A DNA stretch of 64,000 nt, taken from IMG/VR virus record IMGVR_UViG_3300003323_000541, positions 35,902 to 99,901 of that record. One strand, written 5' to 3'. The stretch's first letter is position 1, and every line of letters begins with the position of its first letter. Under the pieces are notes generated by a model. The model saw only the letters and a program-made list of their open reading frames with translations, searched no databases and was not told the origin of the DNA. The DNA comes from a virus. Of the stretch, positions 9,016-20,200 are shown piece by piece. The position numbers were made by a program, and so were the translations under genes.

Positions 9016-11157
9016 ATGAGAAAGAGACTATATCAATTTGGAGGGAAACAACAAGGGATTGGACCATATAATCAATTTGGTAATACAAGAAAGGTTTTTA
9101 CAGGATATCCTCAGGAAGTAGATGTACCCTTCATTAATAACTGGAATAATTTTCAGAACTGGTTAGGTGAAAAGAAATATGCCGGAGATCCGAGATTAGA
9201 TACAGACGAACAATATCGATCTCAAGTTCTTGGTGAGTTCAATAAGATGAATAATCTTAATTGGACAGATCAGGATATATTAAGAGGACAAAAAGCATTT
9301 AATACATATTATAACTGGGCATCACAGAATAATCCTAATGATCCGGTATTACAAGGTAATCAACCTTTAAAAGAAGAGGGTATACTTGGACAGTATACAT
9401 CTAACAAGAAATATCTCCCAGCAAGACTTGATAGCACAGGATCTAAGCAAAAGATTATACAGCAATTTGGTGGTCCTACCAATCAGCTTAATCAAGATAC
9501 AACAAGGACTAATACAATGTATGTTCCTGATTGGGTTAGAAAAGTAGCAGGCTTTATACCAGGTGCTAATGCAATGATAGATGCTGCTAAAAATAGAGAT
9601 GGCTTAGGTGCTGTAACAGGAGCTTTCCAAACAATAGGATCTTCTGTTGGAGCTGGAATGGGACTAGGGTCTACTATAGGTGGATTTATGGGAGGAAACA
9701 AGAATTCTCCGATGAATATGGAAGCTGCTCAACCTGCAATTTTTCAAATGGGAGGACCTATGTTAACGAAAGTTAATGGACCATCTCATACAGAAGGTGG
9801 TATTCAAATGGGTAACTCAGAGGTTGAAGGTAACGAGGTTGTTCAAAATAAACCTCAGGGAAATAAATATATATATAGCGACTCCATAAGACTACCTGGA
9901 GAAAAGAAAACCATAGCTCAACAAGCTGATTATATTAATAAGAAGCTTGAAATGAGACCTAATGATAGTATAACAAAGAACTGGTCTAGAGTTGAATTAA
10001 AGGATCTTGAGGATGCTCAGGAAGGAGCTAAAATGAATTATATGATGAATAATGTTCCAGGTGTTATGCAGTATGGTGGAGAGCTTTCTAAGTCTGCTCA
10101 AGGATCAATACCTGAAAAGAAAGGACCTGCTCTTATGGAGGGTAATGTGTCCTTTGGTAAAAAAGCGTTAAATTCCATTCGAATGGATGAGGTTAAGCAA
10201 TCTCCGGATCAACCTAATCTTGATAGATATACTTTCTCGGCTGCTTTTGGAACAGCCCGTAAAATGGGACTTAATACATTTCTATATAAAGGAAAGACCT
10301 ATAATACAGGAGCTATAGTACAGCCTCCTGGTACAATGCAGTATGGTGGAGGCATTGATCCGTTAGCCCCTGTTATTCCACAAGGACCAGATACATTAGG
10401 ACTAACTATGGGTGATATGCCTAATTCGATGTCACCTGTTAATTTTACGCCTTCTCAGTTAGCGACTATTCCTAATAGAACTCAATCTCCTGTTGTTCCT
10501 AGTATACCACCAGTTGCAGGAGGTCAAGGAGCTAATCCAATGGTCCCTCAATCTCCTCCTGGAGAATACAATCCTAACTTTGGATTAGGAATTGCAGGTT
10601 CAATGTTTGGTCCTCTGGCTAATATAACAGCAGCAGCTTTCTCTAAAGGCTCATTAATGAATCCTAAAATTCAATATGATCGGATAAATAATAGACCCGC
10701 TGAGGTATTAGCAGAGCAACAAGCAGCTAATCAAACAGCAACATCAAGAGATGCTTTTAGGAACTTATCTCCCACAGCAGGATCTTTCTTGACAAACATG
10801 GGAATTACTTCGACTAATAATGCTGCAGCTTTAGGTAGAAATATAGCTGATATTAATCTGAAAGGTCAGCAAATGAATCAAGGTATTCAGATGCAGGAAA
10901 CTAATATGAACCAAGCTATTACTTCAGGAAATAATGCTATGAGAGATGCTGATAGAGCCCGTAGATGGCAATTAGCCATGGAAGGAGCCGCTGGTATTGG
11001 TAATAACTTAATGGGTATTAACAGAGATATTAATGCTAACAGATCTCAGAATACTGCTCTTAAATTCCTTAACACACCTAACTACAGAATTAAATACGAT
11101 TCTAAAGGTAATCCTGTTGGAATTGAATATATGTCGGGACTTCCTAACAAAGGTTAA
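9016..11157 (+). CDS. Internal virion (cargo/ejection) protein
   Basis: Gly/Gln/Asn/Met-rich; five xQ[FMY]GG motifs; GPSHTEGG..EVEGNE motif; follows the muzzle gene. Confidence 0.65.
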   Translation: MRKRLYQFGGKQQGIGPYNQFGNTRKVFTGYPQEVDVPFINNWNNFQNWLGEKKYAGDPRLDTDEQYRSQVLGEFNKMNNLNWTDQDILRGQKAFNTYYNWASQNNPNDPVLQGNQPLKEEGILGQYTSNKKYLPARLDSTGSKQKIIQQFGGPTNQLNQDTTRTNTMYVPDWVRKVAGFIPGANAMIDAAKNRDGLGAVTGAFQTIGSSVGAGMGLGSTIGGFMGGNKNSPMNMEAAQPAIFQMGGPMLTKVNGPSHTEGGIQMGNSEVEGNEVVQNKPQGNKYIYSDSIRLPGEKKTIAQQADYINKKLEMRPNDSITKNWSRVELKDLEDAQEGAKMNYMMNNVPGVMQYGGELSKSAQGSIPEKKGPALMEGNVSFGKKALNSIRMDEVKQSPDQPNLDRYTFSAAFGTARKMGLNTFLYKGKTYNTGAIVQPPGTMQYGGGIDPLAPVIPQGPDTLGLTMGDMPNSMSPVNFTPSQLATIPNRTQSPVVPSIPPVAGGQGANPMVPQSPPGEYNPNFGLGIAGSMFGPLANITAAAFSKGSLMNPKIQYDRINNRPAEVLAEQQAANQTATSRDAFRNLSPTAGSFLTNMGITSTNNAAALGRNIADINLKGQQMNQGIQMQETNMNQAITSGNNAMRDADRARRWQLAMEGAAGIGNNLMGINRDINANRSQNTALKFLNTPNYRIKYDSKGNPVGIEYMSGLPNKG

Positions 11158-11161
11158 TAAA

Positions 11162-11189
11162 CGAAACCTTTTAACTAAATTTTCGTTAA
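11162..11189 (+). promoter_or_regulatory. ECF-sigma-type promoter candidate
   Basis: CGAAAC-N16-CGTTAA in the intergenic gap before 11199/11399. Confidence 0.55.
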
Positions 11190-11198
11190 GTGAGAGTT

Positions 11199-11408
11199 AT
11201 GAGAATTAATTTATTTAACAGAAGATTTTATTTAGGTAAAAATATAGGCGATTATACTAAACCTGGAAAGCATATCATGTTTAGAACTTGGTCAGATACT
11301 TCTCCAGTGTTTACAGTATATCAAGATAACTACACAGATTTATTGAAATATTTTTGGAAAGTTCTGAAATATAAAATAAATACAAAATACTATAGTATAT
11401 GTCTGTAA
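11199..11408 (+). CDS. Small hypothetical protein (ATG 11199 preferred over GTG 11190)
   Basis: Fills the gap between cargo genes and overlaps the next start. Confidence 0.45.
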   Translation: MRINLFNRRFYLGKNIGDYTKPGKHIMFRTWSDTSPVFTVYQDNYTDLLKYFWKVLKYKINTKYYSICL

Positions 11409-13957
11409 GACTTATTTCTCCAACCTCTACACCCTATCAATCTCAGTTTGTTCCACTTCCTGTGGAATTAATGGGAACTCAGCTAGCTCAACATCAACAA
11501 TCATTTGATCAAGCCAGAGCTACTGCTGATGCTACTAATTTCAACTTAGAGGCTGCTCCCTGGAATACTGAGTTTGTAAATGAACTATCTTCTAAGTATA
11601 ATAGTAAGCTATCTGAAATTAGAGATAATCTAATGCAGACTGGTAGTACCAATTATGCGATCACCAAGCTTGGACAGCTAAACAGGGAGTTTCAAAGTGA
11701 TCCTAATGTTAAGTCTACTAAAATGAATTACGACTACTATAAGGAAAATGTTCGTGATTTGATGAAACAACCTTATTGGAGAAGTACATATAGTTCAGCG
11801 TTGAATCCTAATCTTACATGGAAGCAGGTATCTCCTTCAGAGGACATGCCTACGTTCTTATTTGGTCATGAGGTAGATAATGAAATCAGAAAGAACTTAG
11901 AGAACCTTAAACCCAGTATCATATCACAAATGCAAGATGCTGGTTATGATGTAGCTCTTGATCAATTTGGTAGAATAGTGGACTCTGAAGGAAAGATTCT
12001 TCGCGAAGAAGAAGTTCTTGATATGTCCAATCCTTATACACAATCTGCTCTTTCAGGGCTCGTAGAACAATATCAGAACTACGATCAGAGCCCTACAGGA
12101 CAATATCTGCGTTCACATTGGAATATTGGTTCAGAGAATATACCAGAATATATTATGAACCTAGCTAAGCCATATTTCTTCAGAAATAGTAAGACTGCTC
12201 AAACAACTGATAGACATTATGACTGGATTCCTGAGCATCATGGTAAGGGAAGTGGTAGCACCAATCCTCCGGATTACCTGCTTAATATTTCTGAGGTACC
12301 AGAGACAACTGTTACTATTCCTGCATTTGATAACACGTTAAATGCTGTAGTAGAACAGGACTCTCTTATTAAGCATTATGATAATGAGGTGCTTAACACA
12401 GGAGCTCAATTGTTCTCCATGTTAGATCCTCAGACCAGAATTGATATGCTTAAGCAAGCTAATATAGAAGCCAATAGCGACAATCTGGTTAATTTACAGA
12501 ATTACTATCCACAACTAAATAAGGATCAACGAGAGAAGCTCTCAGGAGCTCTTGAGCAACATTTCTTTGGAGATGATAAGAATCCAGGTCTATATAATCA
12601 ATTAGCATCTAGAACTGATCTTTCTCCAAATGAACAGAACCTATTGTATGCTCTTGAAGATTACGGACAGAAGGTAATTGAAAGAGAAGGACTAAAGTCC
12701 GTACAAGAAAGTGATCTTGCTACATGGCAAGGAATGAGTAAGGAAATAGATGACGAATTCCTTAACTCTAAATACAACGGAAATAAATCTGTGAGATCTG
12801 CAATTAGCGACTTCACTGTTAAAACAGACGAAGGTGCTCAGAAATATGATTCATTCCAAAGGCTCAATAAAGCTCTTGGTAGTGAGTTCACAGAAGAAGA
12901 TATAGTAGATTATATAAAGGGTCTGGATAAGGTAGATGGTATTAAGAAAACATTAGACATGTTCTCTGGTGGAGACTATGCATCTAGACAAGTTCCTTTA
13001 TATGTTTCCGATAGGTGGGATAAATATTTAAATAAACACGCTACAGAATTCCAAGGAATAAAAGCTCAATTAGATAATCTAAGAAAAGATTACCGGTCTA
13101 AGTTAGAGAACAAACTCTCAACAGGATATCAATATCAGGAACCTGGTACTTTCCTGGAATATGAAATGAATGAGAATTCTAAGAACATTCCTGGAAGACA
13201 AATGGCTCTTCTATCCCAAAGCTTAGAACCGCTGTCCATTAGTGGTAATATAAATAAACTTGCACAAATGGTTGGTATCCCTGGAGGAGTTGTAGCAGAG
13301 ACTAATAAAAAACAAGGAAATCTTTGGGAGAAGATTCGTGGACAAGCTATTCAAAAGACAGGTAAGGACATGGATTATTCGGAATTCAAGGATGCTAAAA
13401 TAACTAGCGCTAAAATTGAAACCTCCGGTGATGCTACTCCGTCCATGTATGTCACATATGCCTATGATAAAGACAATGATCAGAAGTCTATAACCCTTAA
13501 GCTAGACGCTGAGGACTTAGATAAGAACCTTATTAAGCAACTAGGTTGGGAATCATTGACATATAATCAAGATCCTAATGTACAAGAGAAAGGGGCATTC
13601 CTTTATGCTCTGGGATCATTAGATAATAATAATTGGAAGAAACTTCGTCAGCTCCAATCTAGGACACTTTCTAAGAGTGGGGCGGGTGAATATAACAATG
13701 TATCAACAAACATCGCTGTAGATGGCTTAAATTTCGTTGTAACGAAGTCTCAGGGACCTGACGGAAATAACGTATACAGACTACATAATGCTAATACACC
13801 TAATCAATCATTTACATTTAAAAACATGAATGAGGTAGTTTCTACCCTTGGTGTAGCATTAGGTAACAACACAGCATATAACCAACTACAGAGCAATGGA
13901 GGTGGCTCCATGGGGGAGCCCCTAGGTCAGGGAACCGTTTGGACTCCCGACAAGTAA
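11399..13957 (+). CDS. Internal virion (cargo/ejection) protein
   Basis: N-terminal YQSQFVPLP..Q..FD motif typical of crAss cargo proteins; lies upstream of the vRNAP gene. Confidence 0.65.
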   Translation: MSVRLISPTSTPYQSQFVPLPVELMGTQLAQHQQSFDQARATADATNFNLEAAPWNTEFVNELSSKYNSKLSEIRDNLMQTGSTNYAITKLGQLNREFQSDPNVKSTKMNYDYYKENVRDLMKQPYWRSTYSSALNPNLTWKQVSPSEDMPTFLFGHEVDNEIRKNLENLKPSIISQMQDAGYDVALDQFGRIVDSEGKILREEEVLDMSNPYTQSALSGLVEQYQNYDQSPTGQYLRSHWNIGSENIPEYIMNLAKPYFFRNSKTAQTTDRHYDWIPEHHGKGSGSTNPPDYLLNISEVPETTVTIPAFDNTLNAVVEQDSLIKHYDNEVLNTGAQLFSMLDPQTRIDMLKQANIEANSDNLVNLQNYYPQLNKDQREKLSGALEQHFFGDDKNPGLYNQLASRTDLSPNEQNLLYALEDYGQKVIEREGLKSVQESDLATWQGMSKEIDDEFLNSKYNGNKSVRSAISDFTVKTDEGAQKYDSFQRLNKALGSEFTEEDIVDYIKGLDKVDGIKKTLDMFSGGDYASRQVPLYVSDRWDKYLNKHATEFQGIKAQLDNLRKDYRSKLENKLSTGYQYQEPGTFLEYEMNENSKNIPGRQMALLSQSLEPLSISGNINKLAQMVGIPGGVVAETNKKQGNLWEKIRGQAIQKTGKDMDYSEFKDAKITSAKIETSGDATPSMYVTYAYDKDNDQKSITLKLDAEDLDKNLIKQLGWESLTYNQDPNVQEKGAFLYALGSLDNNNWKKLRQLQSRTLSKSGAGEYNNVSTNIAVDGLNFVVTKSQGPDGNNVYRLHNANTPNQSFTFKNMNEVVSTLGVALGNNTAYNQLQSNGGGSMGEPLGQGTVWTPDK

Positions 13958-14280
13958 ACTTTAAATCTGATAAAGAGAGGGAACAATTACCTTCTTTTGT
14001 TAAAGAAAAGATTGAAAATTTACCAGTAGATATTCCTTTTACAATCACAGAAACCTTTAGAACAAAAGAGGAATACGATAATTTAAAGAAACAAGGATAC
14101 GAAGTATCAGAAGATTATAACGATCATTCAAGAGCAATAGACGTTCGAACTGATGAACAAGGACATACATTCGTAAAATGGTTAATGAATGATGGAAAAG
14201 AATGGTCTAAGAATAATGTTAAAGAAATAAGAAGACACGGAAAAAAAGGAACAGATCACTACCACATAGTATTTAAATAA
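13939..14280 (+). CDS. Peptidase M15-like domain, possibly expressed as a -1 frameshift extension of 11399..13957
   Basis: ITETFR..NDHSRAIDVR..DHYHIVF resembles the M15 Zn motif; only a weak TTG start; frame open from 13882. Confidence 0.5.
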   Translation: MDSRQVNFKSDKEREQLPSFVKEKIENLPVDIPFTITETFRTKEEYDNLKKQGYEVSEDYNDHSRAIDVRTDEQGHTFVKWLMNDGKEWSKNNVKEIRRHGKKGTDHYHIVFK

Positions 14281-14290
14281 CAGCGATTAT

Positions 14291-17200
14291 ATGTTTGAAT
14301 TAGACGAACTAGGTAATCCTATTATTGATCCACTGACTGGTAAACCTAAAGTATCAATGAGCTCCATGCAGGGTATAACCCCAGGAGCCTCTAATCAGAG
14401 TTCAATTGTTGATAAAGGTAAAAGCTTGTTTTTGGGCAATATAGGCGAGGAGTTGGGAGTCGAAAGTTATGATCAGCAGTTTGCTGATAGACTATACCAA
14501 CCCTCATTAACTTTCTCTGAGCAACGCACAGGAGATGAAGTTAAAGAAAGAGCAGAGTATGATCAAAAAAAGAAAAACGATCTATACTTTGACACGGATC
14601 TAAATGAGCAAAAAGCTTTTAACCAGACAGGAATGGACCAATTGGCTAATGGTTTAGCCAAAGCTTTCGGAATTGCTGGTACTACATTTGCAGAATCACT
14701 AGGAGGACTACCTATTGGTCTATACAACGTAGCTGTTAGTGGAGGACAAGGATCTGCTTTTTACGATAATGATTTTACTCAGACTCTTGATTCATTCAAT
14801 GAATGGATGAAAGAGCAATTCCCTAACTATTATTCATCTGCAGAACAAAAGCTTGGATTAGGTGAGTCGTTACTTACCACCAACTTCTGGGGTGATAAAT
14901 TCGGTAATGGTTTAGGATATATGGCCGGTTCTGTACTGGCTGCTATGGCTACAAGAGGTTTATCTCTTGGGTCCAATTTAACTAAGAGTACTCAAATACT
15001 ACGAGCTCTTGGTAAAGACTACGCTAAAATTCAAAGAGCTTTACAGGTGGGTAACCTTGTTCAGAAGGAAGCCCAAATAGTTAACCTTGGTAATAAGATT
15101 GATAAACTTATTGCTACAGGTGTTTCTGCTATTGGTGAATCTTCTGTAGAAGCTCGTAGCACAAGAAATGATATCATTCAAGATCTTACTACTAAACGCG
15201 ATAGCGGGGATCCCAGATATTCATGGATGACCGATAATGATATAATTAGAGAAGCTGATACAGCCGGTAATTTATCATTTGGTCTTAATATGGCTTTGGT
15301 AGGATCATCTAACTTTGTTCAGTTTGGTAAACTGTTCTCTAATAAATATGATGTTGCTCGTAGATTGATAGCAGATAATGTTGTCAAAGAAGGTTCTGAA
15401 TACTTAGTCCGTCCTTCTACAATGAAAAATGTTTTCAATATAGCTAAATCTCCGTTTGTTGAAGCATTTCAAGAAGGAGCTCAGTATTGGACTGAACAAA
15501 CACTATCAGATTATTTTGAGAATGGAACAAGAGGAACCGATTACGCTAAACAGTTTTTACAATCTTCTGTTAAGGGATTAGAAGAAACATTAGGGTCCAG
15601 AGAAGGACAAGAGTCCATGCTTTTGGGTGGGATCTTAGGTGGGCTATTTGGAGGTATAGGAGCAGTTAAAGAAAATTCCGATAAGAAGAAAAAGGAATTT
15701 GCTACAGCTAATTACCTAAATCAATTTGGTGACCTTGAGTCCATTAAACCATTAGTTCAATCTTTAGCTAATCATAATGGATATCAGACCACACTAGAGA
15801 ACTCTCTATTAACTGATGATCAGTTCAATTATGAGAATGCTAAGTTTGGACAGACGTTTAATTATATCCAATCAAGAATAGACGCAGGTAGATTTGATCT
15901 ATTGGAAGATGAGCTTAACGCTTATTCACAATTACCTAAGGATGAATTCGAATCTACATTTTCAACTGAACTTAAAGCAGGAGAAACACCTGCTAACAGG
16001 GTAGCTTCAATAAAGAAATTAGCATACAGATTAGATGAAATATCTGATATGATGGATACAAGATTCCCTGATGTCCCTTCATATCTGAGAAACGGCATGA
16101 AGTATGCCTTAGCGACCACAGAGAATATTGATAATCGTATATCTGATATATCCAATCAGATTGCTAATTACACTGGATATATTCCCTCTGGTGCTGATGT
16201 TGCTCTATACAATAGTATACAAAAAGATGTTAAAGAAAAGATTTCTTCTTTAGTCAGGGACTGGAGAGATGAAGTAGATTTTGATAAAAGAATCGACATA
16301 GAGAACCAGATAAAGAAACTAGCTCGAACAAACGTAGAGATCACCAAAAAGAAATTACCTCAGCTTACTAAAGGAGCCGTAGGTACGAGCTTCGATGATG
16401 CGGTAGAGTTAGGTACTTTCCTTAATTTCTTCAATCGTCTCGATCAATTTATCCAAGAGAATCCTCACATATCTGATGATCTGGTTAAGAAGGTAAATGA
16501 TATTACCAAGCTTCAACAAAGAAGGGAACAGTTTATTAAAGACTACAAAGATCTTGTAACTGAACAAGGTCAGCGTAAGATGAAGAAAAAGATAGAAGAA
16601 GCTATCGCTCGTATCACTGACCCTACTGTAAAACCAAGACTTTCCAATCTTTCTTCGGAGGATTATCTTGATTATGAAAATAATAGATTAGGATACATTA
16701 AAGACAATCGTCTTGAGCTCTATAAGAATACTTTGAACAATAGTTCTAAATTTGCAGAAGATATTTCATTAGCATCAACTAAGGACCAAAAAGAACAGAT
16801 TGGTAATGAAATGATGAAGCAAGGGGTTTATATTGACCCTGATCTTAAGAAACAATTAACTGATGTTCATAAAAGCGAAGAAGATCGTTTAAATGAACTT
16901 GGCGATCGTTTACAGCAAATAGCTCAACAAGGTACTCCCGGCTTTGACGAAGAAGGAGAAGAAACCAGTATATATACTCCCGAGCAGGAATTAGAGGTAG
17001 ATTCTATCACTAAAGAGATGGAGGCTCTTGAAGCTCAACAACAACGTAACAGAGATTTCATTAATCGTATGGAATCTTATTCTGTGGCTCAGCAAGAGGT
17101 TGAATTAACTGATGGAGAGCTTAGAATTAAGATTGCTAAAGAATTTATAGATAAGTCCAATGGTATCTTACAGAACTTTGAATTAGATGAGGACTATCAG

Positions 17201-20200
17201 GATATTAATTCAGTTAAGGATCAAATAGGCGAATTAAAGGCCCTTAGAGCTATTTTCTCCAAGAGGACAGATGAATCCCTTACTAAAGAAGAGAAAGTCT
17301 CTGTAATAGCTTCTATTGACTCTGTATTGGAAAAATTAGATAATATCAAAGATGAGATTGAAAAAAGGATTGAGAATCGCGAGAGAACTAATACTGAGCT
17401 TTGGGAGCAAACAAGTGTGGGAACCTTTTCTCAACTTGGTTATGATCTGGATAATAATATGGTTAATAATGAACCATTGTATAATATTATCAGAACTCCG
17501 ATTGATGCTGTTGATCTTGGATTGGTTGATAATATATTAAGCAGAAGTAAACAAGATAAGAATGTAGTTCTTGCTGATTACATCAAGCAAAAATTATCGG
17601 AGTATACCAAAGGAGATAAGAAAGCATTTATTGCTCAGATTGATTCTATATACAATGAGATATACGATGATGTAATTGAAAGTAAAAGAATTCAGTCCAG
17701 AGACTTTTCCAATAAGGATAAAATCATATCACAATATAAGTTAAATCCAAAAAGAGGATTCAATGAACTATTAAAGATAATCAGAGATCAGATGGATCTT
17801 GAGGTGGACAGTCCATTCTCTGTGTTCATCAAAGATCAGAATCTTCCTAAATTCAGAAGAGCAATCCAGAAACAAGATAGGACCGATTCAGTTGTTTCTT
17901 CTGAAGAGATCATAAATATAATCGATAATCATCAGAGGTTATCTGATCTGTATGATCTTAAAACAGATATAAACAGTGACTACTCTATTATACAGGAGAT
18001 ACTAGATGAACAGTCTATAGCATCTAAACTAAAGGAGGGAGATCTTGTACCATCTAAACAACAGTTAATAGCAATAAGAGAAACAGTGAAGTGGTATTTC
18101 ACTTCAAAAGAAAATGAAGCATTTAAGAATTGGGCATATCTTAAAGGAACAGCAGGTACGGGTAAAAGCTCTGTCATCTCCACATGGGTTAAAAAGCTTA
18201 TCAATCTTAATAATGCTGAAATATATGGAGTGGGACATAATGATATTTCGTCGGAGAATATCAACCGTCTTCTTGGAACTTCTGCTAAAACTTCTATTGC
18301 GGACCTCTTAGGTAAACTTCGTGATAACAGTCTGTCTGATAAAACAAAACTGATTATATTAGATGAGGTCGCTGCTCTTTCTACAAGAGAATTAATTGAA
18401 ATTGACAATGCCCTTATTGCTCATAATAAATGGAGATTGGATAACAAAAAGAATCAAGTTAAGATTCTTTCCTTAGGAGATCCTAATCAAATAACCAAAT
18501 ATCCGACTCCTCCTATAGAGAATTCATCTGAGTCATTTGGTGAACAAGGTACACTGTACTCCACTGAAGATTTTATTAATATAACCAATATATCTCCATT
18601 AACTATTGTCTATAGGACAGATGTAGCTCCTATCACGGAATTCGCAAATAAATTCCTGCAGAAGAAGCTTGACGTTAGAAGTGAACCTGTGTATGTTACA
18701 TCTAATGTAAGTAATATAGATACAGCTGTGGCTTCTACGGGTGTTTATGGAGCCAAGGAATTTAAAAAAGATCTATTAAGGTATCTTAACAATCAAACAT
18801 TAACCGATGGTAAGAAACGGGTGGTGATTGTTAATCCTGAAGATATCGATAGTTACAAAAATTTTATAGCTAATGCAGGAATAGATTTATCTAAAATCGA
18901 AGTAATAGATCCTGTAGATGCACAAGGTCGGACCATTGATGAAGTATTCCTTTCCTTAGAATCTAAAGGGAGCGTAAGATCTACTGTATTCTATAATCCT
19001 CAAATGTATGTATCCTCATCCAGAGCTAAAACATTCTTGATGATTGGAGAGCTTAATACAATAAATGTATTTGATGCTGATGTTGCTGCTAAAAAAGAGG
19101 ATAGATCAAAAGAGAATACCCAGAGATTAAATAACTTCAAAGAGGACAGAGATAAAGAAAAAGAATTACTCTCTGATCAGATAGGTAATCAAACGGCGAA
19201 AAAGACCTTTGCTCAGAAAACTGAGGAAACGAACCCTAAGAAGGATGATCAGGTAAAAGATCCTACAGAAATAGAGAAAGAAGAAGATTTTGAGGTAACA
19301 CAGGAAGAAATAGAATTAGCTATATCTTCTCACGAAACTAATGACGATATTCAATCTATTGAGCAATCAGATGTAATGCAAGAGCCTCTTGCTAATGTAA
19401 AAGTATCTGAAGGAAAAAAAGCTCATATATTATCTGAACCTACATCATCTTCCATAGCTAAAGAAAATACCCCAGGTGTTAAAGCAGGTGATAATGTCTT
19501 GTTTATAAAGGTTCGTGATACTAATATTGATAACACTAAAGATGTTATAAAGGTTGTCCAAAAAGCTGAAGAAGAGGATGAATACAGGATAGTTGCTGTA
19601 TTAAATAACAATGAGCTTAACGGTCCATTTTCGTTCCTTCGGTCCATGTTATCAACAGATAGTAAAAGAACTATAGTTGAACCTATTAGAACAGAGTCTG
19701 GTAATATAGTTATCAGAAAGTCTAATATCGATCCTGTATATAAATCAAAAGTAGTCTCAGCAAGAACTTTAAGTTACGATTATTCTTCAGAATCAGTTCC
19801 ACTATCTCAAGAAGAAAAAGAACGGACCATTGATAAATTCATGGACACCTTCTTCAGAAAAGAGCGTAGACCTCAAGGACTTCGTTATAAGGTTGAGATG
19901 TATACCAATAATGATATCAAGAAGCTTAGGAATAATAACAAGATTCCTGATGAGTTCATAGTGGACCCTGGTGTTCCATATATCCACATAACAAGTCCTA
20001 AAGCAAAAGGATCTAAATCCTTTGTGACTAAAGATCAATTCATCAGACTATCTCCTGCTAAATATAATATCAATAAGCATTCAGAGTTATTTACCCCTCT
20101 GCAGGATTTTATTTCTCTAGCATCTGATCTTGAAAATATTACAAAGCAATCTATAGGTGATCCTCTATTTAATAAAGCAATCAGAGACGTTGCCAATGGA

